NCBI GenBank assembly: GCA_964638955.1
Contig: CAZWZQ010000012.1
Coordinates: 2,093-66,092 of the forward strand
DNA length: 64,000 nt
Direction: 5' to 3'
Source of the DNA: an uncultured Rikenellaceae bacterium
GTDB lineage: Bacteria; Bacteroidota; Bacteroidia; Bacteroidales; VadinHA17
This document shows, piece after piece, positions 27,337 through 37,205 of the stretch. The position numbers and the translations under genes are program-made. Numbering within the stretch: position 1 is the stretch's first letter; each line of letters begins with the position of its first letter. Under the pieces are notes generated by a model. The model did no database searches. It worked only from the letters and a program-made list of their open reading frames with translations, and had not been told where the DNA came from.

Positions 27337-28007
27337 AAAGCATCAGAAAAAACAGTCTGAAAAGAATATTTATTTACCGTTCCTGTCTGCAACGGATGAG
27401 TATGAAAGGAGTGGAAAAGGTATTCTCATACACTCTTGCAAACGAAGCTGGTGTGACAGCTGATCAGGTACGAAGAGATTTTTCGGAATTCAATATAAAA
27501 GGAAGGAAACGAGGTGGTTATATAATAAGTGATCTTCTTGAAAATATGGAGACCATATTGCACCGCAATAAGGATCACAGCCTTATCCTTGTCGGTATCG
27601 GCAATCTTGGGCTGGCGCTGACAAAATACAGCAAATTTATTCAGCCCAACATGAAGATAGTTGCAGCTTTCGATATAGACCCTTCAAAACATAAACGAAA
27701 AGCATCTGACATCCCTGTATACAGTATGGACAGACTGCAGGAGATCATTTCAAAGTACAGGGTAAGTGTGGCAATTATTGCTGTTCCGGAAATTTCCGCC
27801 CGGGAAGTCGCTGAAGATCTTGTGCGTTCAGGAATAAAAGGGATTGTTAACTTTGCCCCGGTACCTCTGAAAATGTCTCCTGATATTGTAATTAATAATA
27901 TGAATCTAGGCGATGAGCTTGAAAGTGTGATCTATTATGTTCACAAACAATATAGAGTAAACGGTCTTAAAAACATTGAGCTATTATACAAGGATATGAA
28001 ATACTGA
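27321..28007 (+). CDS. rex: Redox-sensing transcriptional repressor Rex
   Basis: LKRIFIY, QVRRDFSEF...GRKRGGY winged HTH, GIGNLG Rossmann motif, GIVNFAP; an in-frame TAA upstream makes GTG 27321 the first possible start. Confidence 0.92.
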   Translation: MKQFTKSIRKNSLKRIFIYRSCLQRMSMKGVEKVFSYTLANEAGVTADQVRRDFSEFNIKGRKRGGYIISDLLENMETILHRNKDHSLILVGIGNLGLALTKYSKFIQPNMKIVAAFDIDPSKHKRKASDIPVYSMDRLQEIISKYRVSVAIIAVPEISAREVAEDLVRSGIKGIVNFAPVPLKMSPDIVINNMNLGDELESVIYYVHKQYRVNGLKNIELLYKDMKY

Positions 28008-30238
28008 TTAAAGGCCTGGTTCAGGGGGTTGGATTCCGTCCTTTTATTTACAGAATGGCTGTGAAACATGGACTATTCGGAGAGGTGGATAACAGGTCCG
28101 ACGGAGTCACAATTACTGTAGATGGTGATCCTAAATCGATTGACAGGTTCAGTAATGACATACTTCAGCTGGCTCCTCCAGCATCACAGATAAAATCGAT
28201 AGAGATAAATCAGGTGATGATTAACGGGTATGACTGCTTCCAAATTACAGCGAGCAAAACTATTGATAATCAGATTACCGAGGTAAGCCCTGATATTGCT
28301 GTTTGTGATGAATGCCTTGAGGATATGGAAAAAGATCCTGCCAGGATTAATTACCCTTTTATAAACTGCACCAACTGTGGCCCCAGATTCACAATCATTG
28401 AGCGATTGCCATACGATCGCCCCAGGACAACCATGAAAAGCTTCAGGATGTGTCCGGATTGTAAATCGGAATATAACGATATTCTTGATCGTCGTTTTCA
28501 TGCCCAGCCAATTGCCTGTAATTCATGTGGACCTGTGTATAACTATTCAGATCGCGGTAAAAAGCTAAGCAGGATTGACGAAATTATCAGTGAGATATCC
28601 AACCGGGTAGCCTCCGGCAGAACAGTTGCCATAAAAGGTCTTGGTGGTTACCACCTGATGTGTGACGCTCTGAATAACAGCGCCGTAAGTGAGCTGAGAA
28701 ATAAGAAGCATCATGATGCAAAACCCTTTGCCGTGATGTTCAGAGACTTCCTCGCAGCCAGAGAATATTGTTTTATCGATGATGCAGAGGAAAAAGAACT
28801 CACCTCATGGCGCAGACCAATATTGATCCTGAAACAGAAAAAAGAATTGGCAGCAGCTGTAAGCGACGGATTAAATACAATTGGTGCAATGCTGCCTTAT
28901 ATGCCCGTACATTATATGCTGTTTAAAGTTCTTGAGACTCCTGCTATAGTTCTTACCAGCGGGAATATTTCCGATGAGCCTATTATTATCAACGATGCGG
29001 AGGCGGAAAAACAGCTTATGCGTATTGCTGATTCGCTTGTAAGTTATAACCGCCAGATACTTAACCGGACAGACGATTCGGTAATAAGGTTCATCGATAG
29101 AAAGGTTTCACTGATACGTCGGTCGAGAGGATTTGTACCGCGGCCTGTTGATCTTAAATTCAATGTTGAAGGTATACTTGCACTGGGAGCAGAACAGAAG
29201 AACAGCTTTTGTATCGGCAAGGAAAATCAGGCTGTGATGAGCCAATATATAGGCGATCTTAAAAATCAGGCAACATATGATTTTTTGATCGAGTCTGTTA
29301 ACAGGTTTTCAAAGCTCTTCAGGTTTAAACCCAAATGCATCGCATGTGATCTTCATCCCGATTATTTATCTACAAGATATGCTGAAGCTCTTGAAAAAGA
29401 ACTAAATATACCACTGGTCAGAGTACAGCATCATCATGCCCATATTGTATCATGCATGGCTGAAAACGGGATTGATGAAGAGGTAATAGGAGTGAGTCTC
29501 GACGGGACAGGTTACGGAACAGACGGAAATATATGGGGAGGAGAGTTCCTGATCGCTGGTCTGAGGGATTTTAAAAGATATGCAAATTTTGATTATGTAC
29601 CATTGCCCGGCGGCGACAAAGCCATTGAAGAACCCTGGAGGATGGCATTCTCTTATCTTTATAAGTATTTTGGAAGTGATTTTGATTATAATTCCCTGCC
29701 ACTCTTCAGAATGGTTGAAAAAGGAAAGTTAAGAATGATAAGAGAGGCTCTTGATAAAAAAATAAATACACCGCTCTCTTCAGGAGCCGGACGTCTGTTT
29801 GATGCAGTATCAGCAATCCTTGGTCTCTGTATAATGGCCAGGTTTGATTCTGAAGCCCCGATGCGGCTCGAGTCAGTAATCAATTATGAAACGGATGAAT
29901 TTTATCCGTTCCGGGCAAATAAGACAATTGATTTTTCAACGGCATTACTGGCGATTATTGCAGATCTTAACCGCCAGACAGCTTCGGTAATTTCGGTAAA
30001 ATTCCATAATACAATTGCCAGGGTAATTCTTGAGGTTTCCATGCAGATAAGAAAAGAAACATCGCTTAATAAGGTTATTCTTTCTGGCGGGGTCTTCCAA
30101 AATAAGTATCTTCTGGAGAAATCTTTATACCTTTTAAAACGGAATAAGTTTAAGATCTTTACAAATCATTTTGTTCCGGCCAATGATGGAGGAATATCAC
30201 TTGGTCAGCTTGTAATTGCTTCAAAAACAATAAGATAA
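27983..30238 (+). CDS. hypF: Carbamoyltransferase HypF (first ATG 28055; coding clearly extends upstream)
   Basis: Upstream in-frame YEILIKGLVQGVGFRPFIYR acylphosphatase motif, two zinc fingers, KGLGGYHL, QHHHAH, DGTGYG, PANDGG; true start uncertain. Confidence 0.9.
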   Translation: MIQGYEILIKGLVQGVGFRPFIYRMAVKHGLFGEVDNRSDGVTITVDGDPKSIDRFSNDILQLAPPASQIKSIEINQVMINGYDCFQITASKTIDNQITEVSPDIAVCDECLEDMEKDPARINYPFINCTNCGPRFTIIERLPYDRPRTTMKSFRMCPDCKSEYNDILDRRFHAQPIACNSCGPVYNYSDRGKKLSRIDEIISEISNRVASGRTVAIKGLGGYHLMCDALNNSAVSELRNKKHHDAKPFAVMFRDFLAAREYCFIDDAEEKELTSWRRPILILKQKKELAAAVSDGLNTIGAMLPYMPVHYMLFKVLETPAIVLTSGNISDEPIIINDAEAEKQLMRIADSLVSYNRQILNRTDDSVIRFIDRKVSLIRRSRGFVPRPVDLKFNVEGILALGAEQKNSFCIGKENQAVMSQYIGDLKNQATYDFLIESVNRFSKLFRFKPKCIACDLHPDYLSTRYAEALEKELNIPLVRVQHHHAHIVSCMAENGIDEEVIGVSLDGTGYGTDGNIWGGEFLIAGLRDFKRYANFDYVPLPGGDKAIEEPWRMAFSYLYKYFGSDFDYNSLPLFRMVEKGKLRMIREALDKKINTPLSSGAGRLFDAVSAILGLCIMARFDSEAPMRLESVINYETDEFYPFRANKTIDFSTALLAIIADLNRQTASVISVKFHNTIARVILEVSMQIRKETSLNKVILSGGVFQNKYLLEKSLYLLKRNKFKIFTNHFVPANDGGISLGQLVIASKTIR

Positions 30239-30462
30239 TGTGTTTAAGTATTCCTGCGAAAATAGTATCAATTGATGGCAGCATGGCAGAAGTTTCTGTT
30301 GGGGGAAGCCTGTTTAAAGCAGGCTTGCATATGATTAAAGATGCAAAGATCGGAGATTATATTCTTCTCCATGCCGGGTTTGCAATTCAGAAGATAAGCG
30401 AGCAGGAGGCGACTGACACTCTAAAAATCCTTCGTGAAATGGATGATGCCCTGAATAAATAA
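30238..30462 (+). CDS. hypC: HypC chaperone
   Basis: MCLSIPAK, LLHAGFAI. Confidence 0.95.
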   Translation: MCLSIPAKIVSIDGSMAEVSVGGSLFKAGLHMIKDAKIGDYILLHAGFAIQKISEQEATDTLKILREMDDALNK

Positions 30463-30464
30463 TC

Positions 30465-31550
30465 ATGAAGTACATTGACGAATACAGAGACAGGGAATTG
30501 ATTATGAAGCTGGCAGGCAGGATAACTGAATCAGTGAACCGCGATTACACTTTTATGGAGGTATGCGGGGGGCACACTGCAGCAATACACCGGTTTGGTA
30601 TTCCGGACTTGCTGCCTCAGAATATTAAACTTATCTCAGGTCCCGGATGTCCTGTCTGTGTTACGGGCACTGATTTCATCGACAGGGCAATAGCCTGTTC
30701 AAAAATAGATAATGTTATAATAACAACCTTCGGGGATCTTATCAGGGTTCCGGGATCAGTAACATCTCTTGAGAAAATGAATGAGAAAGGTGCCGATGTC
30801 AGGATTGTATTTTCAGGACTTGAGGCTCTTGAAATTGCAAAGCTTAATACTCAAAAAAAGGTTATTTTCCTGGGAATAGGATTTGAAACAACAGCTCCCG
30901 GCACCGCAGTCACAATAAAACAAGCTGAAAAAGGGGCTGTTGATAATTTCTTTTTGTTGAGCGCCCATAAGGTAATGCCTCCTGCAATGGAGACAATTGT
31001 ACAGGAAGGAACCAGGCTCGACGGATTTATCTGCCCGGGTCATGTTGCAGCCATTACCGGCTCATCGATGTTTAACTTTCTTCCTGAAGATTACGGCATC
31101 GGTTGTGTGATAACAGGTTTTGAACCAACCGATCTGCTGCAGGCTCTTTTGATGTTAATAAAACAGGTAAACAATAAAAAACCGGAGGTTGAAATACAAT
31201 ATAACAGGGCAGTTACGGTTAATGGAAACCAGGAAGCCCAACTTTATATGAGGGAGGTTTTTAAAGAATGCGATGCATACTGGCGAGGTTTTGGTGTGAT
31301 TAAATCAAGCGGACTTACTCTTACAAAGGAATTTGAGAGATTCAATGCCGGGAACTTTATACCTGTTACGGTAAGCCACCATGAGGATGATGAACTGTGT
31401 ATATGTCCCGAGATCCTTAGGGGACTTAAGGAACCCGGTGATTGTCCGCTTTTTGCTAAAACCTGTTCTCCTGAAAATCCTGTGGGAGCATGCATGGTAT
31501 CGCCGGAAGGATCGTGTAATACCTGGTACAAATACAGAGTTGACAAATGA
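30465..31550 (+). CDS. hypD: HypD
   Basis: MEVCGGHT, GPGCPVC, PGHV, GACMVSPEGSC. Confidence 0.95.
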   Translation: MKYIDEYRDRELIMKLAGRITESVNRDYTFMEVCGGHTAAIHRFGIPDLLPQNIKLISGPGCPVCVTGTDFIDRAIACSKIDNVIITTFGDLIRVPGSVTSLEKMNEKGADVRIVFSGLEALEIAKLNTQKKVIFLGIGFETTAPGTAVTIKQAEKGAVDNFFLLSAHKVMPPAMETIVQEGTRLDGFICPGHVAAITGSSMFNFLPEDYGIGCVITGFEPTDLLQALLMLIKQVNNKKPEVEIQYNRAVTVNGNQEAQLYMREVFKECDAYWRGFGVIKSSGLTLTKEFERFNAGNFIPVTVSHHEDDELCICPEILRGLKEPGDCPLFAKTCSPENPVGACMVSPEGSCNTWYKYRVDK

Positions 31551-32554
31551 TTGAAAATATTTCATTGAATCATGGCGGTGGAGGTAAGCAGACTCATGAG
31601 CTTATTAAAAATGTGTTTGTGACAAAGTTCGGAATGACTGAACCCCTGACTGATTCTGCAATACTCGAAGGACAAGGTAATACCCTTGTATTTACTACAG
31701 ATGCCCATGTTGTCGATCCGATCTTTTTCCCGGGAGGCAATATCGGCAAACTTTCTGTTTGCGGTACGGTGAACGACCTTGCGGTATCAGGAGCAACACC
31801 TCAATATATTGCCTGTTCTTTTATTATTGAAGAAGGATTTCCTGTTAATGACCTTTTGATGATAGTGGATTCAATGTCCGAAGAGGCATCAAAAGCCGGT
31901 GTGAGGATAGTCGCTGGCGATACTAAAGTTGTTGGAAAGGGTAAATGTGACAAGCTGTTCATAACTACTTCCGGGACGGGTATACTGGATAATGATAAAA
32001 AGCATATCAGCACAGGTACTCTCATAAAACCCGGAGATAAGCTTATCCTGAGCGGTCCACTGGGGAATCATGCCATAGCTGTGTTAGGTGCACGTAACAA
32101 GCTAAGCTTTACGACTCCGGTCTTTTCGGACTGTGCATCATTGAACCATATGATTGCTGCAGTGTTAAATAATTGCAGCGAGGTATGTTTCATGCGCGAT
32201 CTTACAAGAGGAGGTCTCGGAGGTGTATTGAACGAGCTTGCAGAGATTATCGGAAAAGGTATTGCCATAAATGAATCATTAATTCCTGTCGATGAGCCTG
32301 TAAGAGGAGTGTGCGAGATACTTGGATTTGACCCGATATACCTGGCTAATGAAGGTAAAATATTGATAGTATGCAGCAAAGGAGCAGAAACAAAGGTACT
32401 TGACCTGCTCATGAATGATCCTCTTGGGAAGGATTCTGCAATTATAGGCGAGGTTACCGGGGATAAGCGAAAAAAAGTAATTTTAAACACAGCAACCGGA
32501 GGCAGACGCATACTTGATATGCCGTCAGGTGTTCAGCTTCCCAGGATCTGTTGA
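31547..32554 (+). CDS. hypE: HypE
   Basis: HGGGG, GTVNDLAV, RDLTRGG, C-terminal PRIC. Confidence 0.95.
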   Translation: MIENISLNHGGGGKQTHELIKNVFVTKFGMTEPLTDSAILEGQGNTLVFTTDAHVVDPIFFPGGNIGKLSVCGTVNDLAVSGATPQYIACSFIIEEGFPVNDLLMIVDSMSEEASKAGVRIVAGDTKVVGKGKCDKLFITTSGTGILDNDKKHISTGTLIKPGDKLILSGPLGNHAIAVLGARNKLSFTTPVFSDCASLNHMIAAVLNNCSEVCFMRDLTRGGLGGVLNELAEIIGKGIAINESLIPVDEPVRGVCEILGFDPIYLANEGKILIVCSKGAETKVLDLLMNDPLGKDSAIIGEVTGDKRKKVILNTATGGRRILDMPSGVQLPRIC

Positions 32555-32564
32555 TGAATAGGGT

Positions 32565-32906
32565 ATGCATGAAATAAGAATAGCGCAGGATCTGTCAGTA
32601 ATTGTTCTGGAAGCAGCAAAACGGGAAAAGCTGGCCAGGGTAACGAAGGTGAATATCAGTTTCGGACAGCTGATACAGATAGTGCCTGATATCTTCAGGT
32701 TTGCATTCAGTGAGGCGGTTAGGGATTCGGTTGCCGAAGAGGCTGAAATAGATATTGAAATATTGCCTGTAAAAATGAAATGTATAAAATGCCAGAACGA
32801 TTTTCAGGTTATTGATAACCGGTTTGCTTGTAATGTCTGCGGATCAACCGACCTGGAAATCATTCAGGGGAAGGAATTGTTTATAAAAAGTATTGAAGGA
32901 GAATAG
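32565..32906 (+). CDS. hypA: HypA nickel metallochaperone
   Basis: MHE N-terminus, CIKC and CNVC. Confidence 0.93.
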   Translation: MHEIRIAQDLSVIVLEAAKREKLARVTKVNISFGQLIQIVPDIFRFAFSEAVRDSVAEEAEIDIEILPVKMKCIKCQNDFQVIDNRFACNVCGSTDLEIIQGKELFIKSIEGE

Positions 32907-32908
32907 CA

Positions 32909-33568
32909 ATGGAAATAAAGATAATGAAGAACATCCTTGACAGGAATCAGAACAAAGCTGATGAAGTGAGGAACCTGATCAAGTCAAAGAAAATCCTGAT
33001 GGTGAACATAATAAGCTCACCCGGAGCCGGTAAGACAACATTCCTGGAAAAAACCTGCGAAGCACTTACTTCAAAGTTCAGGATAGGTATAATTGAAGGC
33101 GATGTCACAACTGACAGGGATGCCCGGCGGCTTCAGAAATACAATATTCCCATTGTTGTTATCAATACCGAGGGAGGTTGTCATCTTGATTCTCACAGCA
33201 TATCGAAGGTACTTGATTCATTTGATCTTGATAACCTCGATATATTGTTTATTGAAAATGTAGGAAACCTTATTTGCCCGGCGGAATTTGATCTTGGTGA
33301 AGCCTTCAAGCTGGCATTTGTCAGCACAGCCGAGGGTGATGATAAGCCTGCAAAATACCCGCTCCTGTTCAGGGAGGCAGAAGCAGTTATTCTCAACAAG
33401 GTTGATCTTATACCTTATACAAATTTTAATTACAACAACTTCATGCACGATCTGAAAAAAATTAAACCAGGAGTGCCCTTTTTCAAAGTCTCATGTACAC
33501 GAGGCGATGGCCTTGATGAGTGGTACAGGTGGATATCAGATCAGAGATTATTATTGACGGACAAGTAA
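32909..33568 (+). CDS. hypB: HypB GTPase (short form, no His-rich N-terminus)
   Basis: SSPGAGKT, GGCHLD, ENVGNLICPAEF, NKVD. Confidence 0.95.
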   Translation: MEIKIMKNILDRNQNKADEVRNLIKSKKILMVNIISSPGAGKTTFLEKTCEALTSKFRIGIIEGDVTTDRDARRLQKYNIPIVVINTEGGCHLDSHSISKVLDSFDLDNLDILFIENVGNLICPAEFDLGEAFKLAFVSTAEGDDKPAKYPLLFREAEAVILNKVDLIPYTNFNYNNFMHDLKKIKPGVPFFKVSCTRGDGLDEWYRWISDQRLLLTDK

Positions 33569-33570
33569 TT

Positions 33571-35316
33571 TTAACTCACTATTTCATGTCCTTCAGCAAA
33601 ACCTTTAAAGAAAGATTTTGCATTTAATCCCAGTGTTTGTGTTCTGTAGCCGCCCTCCTGGACGATCAGTGTAGGCAGCTTAAGTTCACCAATCATCCTT
33701 CCGTTAATTTCAAGATCTTTATATATCATGCTCCATGTGCCCGTTGGATCTCTTTTTGTAGTATCAAAACCGAGAGCCACTATTAAGAAGGATGGTTTAA
33801 ACTGTCTGATTCTTAAAAGTGCCTTTTTTAATGTTTTGCGGTATTCCTCTCCATCGATGACTTCTTCAAGCGGATAATTAACATTATATCCCAATCCTTC
33901 TCCTTCACCTTTCTCTTCGCTGAATCCGGAAAAATAGGGATATGCAAAGGAGGGATGGCCATGTATCGATATAGTCAGTACATCATCTCTTGAATAGAAA
34001 ATCTGCTGCTGACCGTTACCATGATGATAATCAATATCGAGTATTGCCACCTTGCCGTATCGTGACAGGTAATTGGCAGCTATCGCATTATTGTTGAAAT
34101 AGCAAAACCCACCGAATACATTTGTTTCTGCATGATGGCCGGGAGGCCGGGTTAGAACATATACTGCTCCGGCATCGGTCAAAATTGTGTTAGCTGCAGT
34201 AAGTACACAGTTAACTCCTTCGCGAGCAGCAAGATAAGCATTGATATTTAAAGGGGTGAAGGTGTCTATACAGTAATAACCTGCCCTTACTGATAATTCT
34301 ACCGGAGGACGTGCAATATTCCTTATCGGGAAGACATAGGGATATACGGATTTACCCTGGGGCAGGTTGCTGCATACTTTTTTGAAATATTTTACATACT
34401 CTTTGTTGTGCACCTGAAGAATATACTTTTCAGGAAATTCCTTCGCTTTTATGGTACGGAATAGCCCAGTCTGCTCAATATCGTTCCTTATTGCAGGAAT
34501 CCTGACAGGTGCCTCAACATATCCTCTTTGATGAATATTATGTATTGAATGCTTGTCATTTACAACAAGTAATATCTTGTCCTTACCCGATATGTCGACT
34601 CTGGATGTTTTACTTTTCTGTAACTTGTGATATTTTAAGGGTCTCAGTTTTACAGGGTTGTCTTTAATACTGGCAACCACTTTTTTTATATAATCTTCGG
34701 AACAATAATCACCGTATATTCTTTCTAATATGGCTCTCACTATCTTACGGACCTGTGTTCTGGATAATGAATCAGTAATTCCGAGACCGTCAAAAACCAG
34801 ATAGGGAGGAGCGTCGTCTTCTGGTTTTACAGGAGTCTCATAAAGTGTGTTGATAATGGGTCTTGCGCCGAAACGTTCATAAAATGCAAGTCTCTTGGCA
34901 TTCTGCTCCACGAGATTCTTGTTTCTGCATAATGCGGGGTCATCCGGGAGACATTCAAAAAAAAGACCGGCTGAACCTAATGCCCTGGCTTCCTCCCTTA
35001 CTCTCTGGTAAAGAGCACCTCCGAGCCCGCCCGAAGTTTTTCCGGGAGAGGCAGCAATGAAGTCGAGTAAACAAAACTTAAGATCCGGCATGTACTTCAG
35101 CAAAGCAAATCCAAGTATTGTCTCATGTATATTTTCTGCTAAAAGAAGAATCGACTGGTACCTGAATTTCAAAGGATTTATAAGTTGTTCATCTATCAAT
35201 TCGATCTTGTACTCAGGGATCTGTGAGAATTGGCTGGCCATTATCTTCTTGACATTGGCTATCGCTCCCTTGTTTGATTCGAGAAACGGATTGCTTATTT
35301 TACGGATCCTGATCAT
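33571..35316 (-). CDS. GNAT domain fused to a histone-deacetylase / acetylpolyamine amidohydrolase domain
   Basis: N-terminal LDFIAASPGKTSGGLGGALY (GNAT motif A); C-terminal RPPGHH, GFCYFNN, DIDYHHGNG, GFD, QEGGY. Confidence 0.85.
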   Translation of the reverse strand: MIRIRKISNPFLESNKGAIANVKKIMASQFSQIPEYKIELIDEQLINPLKFRYQSILLLAENIHETILGFALLKYMPDLKFCLLDFIAASPGKTSGGLGGALYQRVREEARALGSAGLFFECLPDDPALCRNKNLVEQNAKRLAFYERFGARPIINTLYETPVKPEDDAPPYLVFDGLGITDSLSRTQVRKIVRAILERIYGDYCSEDYIKKVVASIKDNPVKLRPLKYHKLQKSKTSRVDISGKDKILLVVNDKHSIHNIHQRGYVEAPVRIPAIRNDIEQTGLFRTIKAKEFPEKYILQVHNKEYVKYFKKVCSNLPQGKSVYPYVFPIRNIARPPVELSVRAGYYCIDTFTPLNINAYLAAREGVNCVLTAANTILTDAGAVYVLTRPPGHHAETNVFGGFCYFNNNAIAANYLSRYGKVAILDIDYHHGNGQQQIFYSRDDVLTISIHGHPSFAYPYFSGFSEEKGEGEGLGYNVNYPLEEVIDGEEYRKTLKKALLRIRQFKPSFLIVALGFDTTKRDPTGTWSMIYKDLEINGRMIGELKLPTLIVQEGGYRTQTLGLNAKSFFKGFAEGHEIVS

Positions 35317-35539
35317 AAATTCAGTTGTTTCTGTTATATGGAAAAAAGTCAGTGGTATTCTAACAAGATAATGAAAAAATCGGGATTATGCAAATGGTCT
35401 TGTTTATTCTCATTCTAAATTAGAAACCATGACATTTGTAAGTTTTTTTTAAATAGTAATCTTGCTAATTTAGCATCGCTTTTTACGGGGCTTATAACTG
35501 TAAACAAAATCATATTAATTACTTAAAAATCAGATAGAA

Positions 35540-36007
35540 ATGTACCAAGTAGGAGATCTTGTCAAGGAGCTGTCCGACACATATGGTCGTACCAGAGAGA
35601 GTCTTATGCCTATTCTGCAGGGTATAGTTGAAAGACATAATTACCTTACGGATGAAGCTATGGTAGAGGTTGCCAAAGAGCTTGATATTTCGGCGGCTGA
35701 GGTTTATGGAACAGCTTCATTTTATACTTTTCTCGATACAAAAGTCAGAGGTAAATATGTGATAAGAGTCTGTAAGACAATAACATGCTCAATGAAAGGC
35801 AAGGGTGAAATAATTCAGCTCCTCGAGGATATGCTTAAAATAAAAGTAGGAGAGACTACTTCAGATATGCAGTTCAGCCTGATTGAGACCAACTGTATCG
35901 GATGGTGTCATAAAGCTCCGGCAATGCTTATCAATGATATACCATATACTGAGCTTACTCCGGAAAAAGTTGTTGAGATTATTAAAGGTTACATGCAAAA
36001 CAAATAA
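35540..36007 (+). CDS. hydC: [FeFe] hydrogenase gamma subunit (NuoE-like [2Fe-2S])
   Basis: VYGTASFY, CKTITC, CIGWC. Confidence 0.88.
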   Translation: MYQVGDLVKELSDTYGRTRESLMPILQGIVERHNYLTDEAMVEVAKELDISAAEVYGTASFYTFLDTKVRGKYVIRVCKTITCSMKGKGEIIQLLEDMLKIKVGETTSDMQFSLIETNCIGWCHKAPAMLINDIPYTELTPEKVVEIIKGYMQNK

Positions 36008-36019
36008 TACCCTGACGAG

Positions 36020-37180
36020 ATGGAAAACAGAGGATTAAATAAGGTAGACCTGATCTTTGAGAAAGTAGATCCCAAGGAGGTTCTGACAAGTGCTTATAAG
36101 ATGAAGAATAATGAAATCATCCAGCAGATTCTTGAATCAGGACTAAAAGGAAGGGGAGGAGCCGGTTTCCCTACAGGACTAAAATGGAAATACACTGCAG
36201 CAGTGAAGGAACCCGAGAAGTATATTGTATGTAATGCTGATGAAGGCGAGCCCGGAACATTCAAAGACCGGGAAATACTCGACAGGGTGGCATACAAGGT
36301 TTACGGCGGAATGGCTATAGCAGGAAAAGCTATAGGTGCAAAAAACGGAATTGTTTACCTGCGTGGAGAGTACAGGTACCTTCTGCCGAAGCTTCTTAAG
36401 GAACTTGAATCGTTTCACAGGCTTATTAAAGGGATCGGCTACGATTTTAAAATAAGATACTGTATGGGAAGCGGAGCTTATATATGCGGTGAAGAAAGTG
36501 CATTGTTTGAATCAATTGAGGGTGGACGCGGTGAGCCACGAAATAAACCTCCATACCCGACTACTTCAGGAGTTTTTAATAAACCCACATCGATAAACAA
36601 CGTGGAGACTCTTGTTACGGCAATGGCGATAATCAAGCATGGTCCTGAATCATACAGCCACCTGGGAACCAAGGATTCAAGAGGTTCCAAGGTGTTCTCT
36701 ATTTCCGGTGATACGCCAACACCAGGGATATTCGAACTTGAGCTCGGAATGTCAGTTCAGGAGTTTGTAGATGAATTTGGTGACGGTGATACAAAAGCGG
36801 TACAGGTTGGAGGCGCTTCAGGCTTCTGCGTGCCACGAAAGAAATTTCAATTTACGGTCATCGGCTTTGAAGGTGTTCCGACCGGTGGATCAATGAAACT
36901 GTTCAACAGTTCAAGATCAATGTATAATGTTCTTCATAACTATCTCGATTTCTTCGCTGAAGAATCATGCGGACAATGTACTCCCTGCCGGGTTGGCTGC
37001 CAGCAGCTGCTCAAGGGTGTGGAGAAGGTAAAAAAAGGGGAAGTGAAAACAACATATCTGAACGAGTTGTTGAAGCTTGCCGATACTATGAAGGTAGCCT
37101 CCAAGTGTGGCCTTGGACAATCGGTAGGTAATGCATTCAGAACCATCGTTGAGAACTTCAGGGAAGAGATCATTTACTAA
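36020..37180 (+). CDS. hydB: [FeFe] hydrogenase beta subunit, short NuoF-like form (FMN/NADH, one [4Fe-4S])
   Basis: GRGGAGFPTG, NADEGEPGTFKDR, GAYICGEE, ESCGQCTPCRVG...CGLG. Confidence 0.9.
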   Translation: MENRGLNKVDLIFEKVDPKEVLTSAYKMKNNEIIQQILESGLKGRGGAGFPTGLKWKYTAAVKEPEKYIVCNADEGEPGTFKDREILDRVAYKVYGGMAIAGKAIGAKNGIVYLRGEYRYLLPKLLKELESFHRLIKGIGYDFKIRYCMGSGAYICGEESALFESIEGGRGEPRNKPPYPTTSGVFNKPTSINNVETLVTAMAIIKHGPESYSHLGTKDSRGSKVFSISGDTPTPGIFELELGMSVQEFVDEFGDGDTKAVQVGGASGFCVPRKKFQFTVIGFEGVPTGGSMKLFNSSRSMYNVLHNYLDFFAEESCGQCTPCRVGCQQLLKGVEKVKKGEVKTTYLNELLKLADTMKVASKCGLGQSVGNAFRTIVENFREEIIY

Positions 37181-37205
37181 CAAAATAAAATAACACAGAA
37201 TAATA

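Noticed and set aside
27961-28010. Programmed -1 frameshift or selenocysteine readthrough joining rex and hypF
   Set aside because: There is no canonical slippery heptamer after the TGA, and another in-frame stop (TAA 27968-27970) lies just upstream of it.
35498-35515. Rex box upstream of the [FeFe] operon (CTGTAAA-CAAA-ATCATAT)
   Set aside because: Only 9 of 14 consensus positions match in AT-rich DNA.
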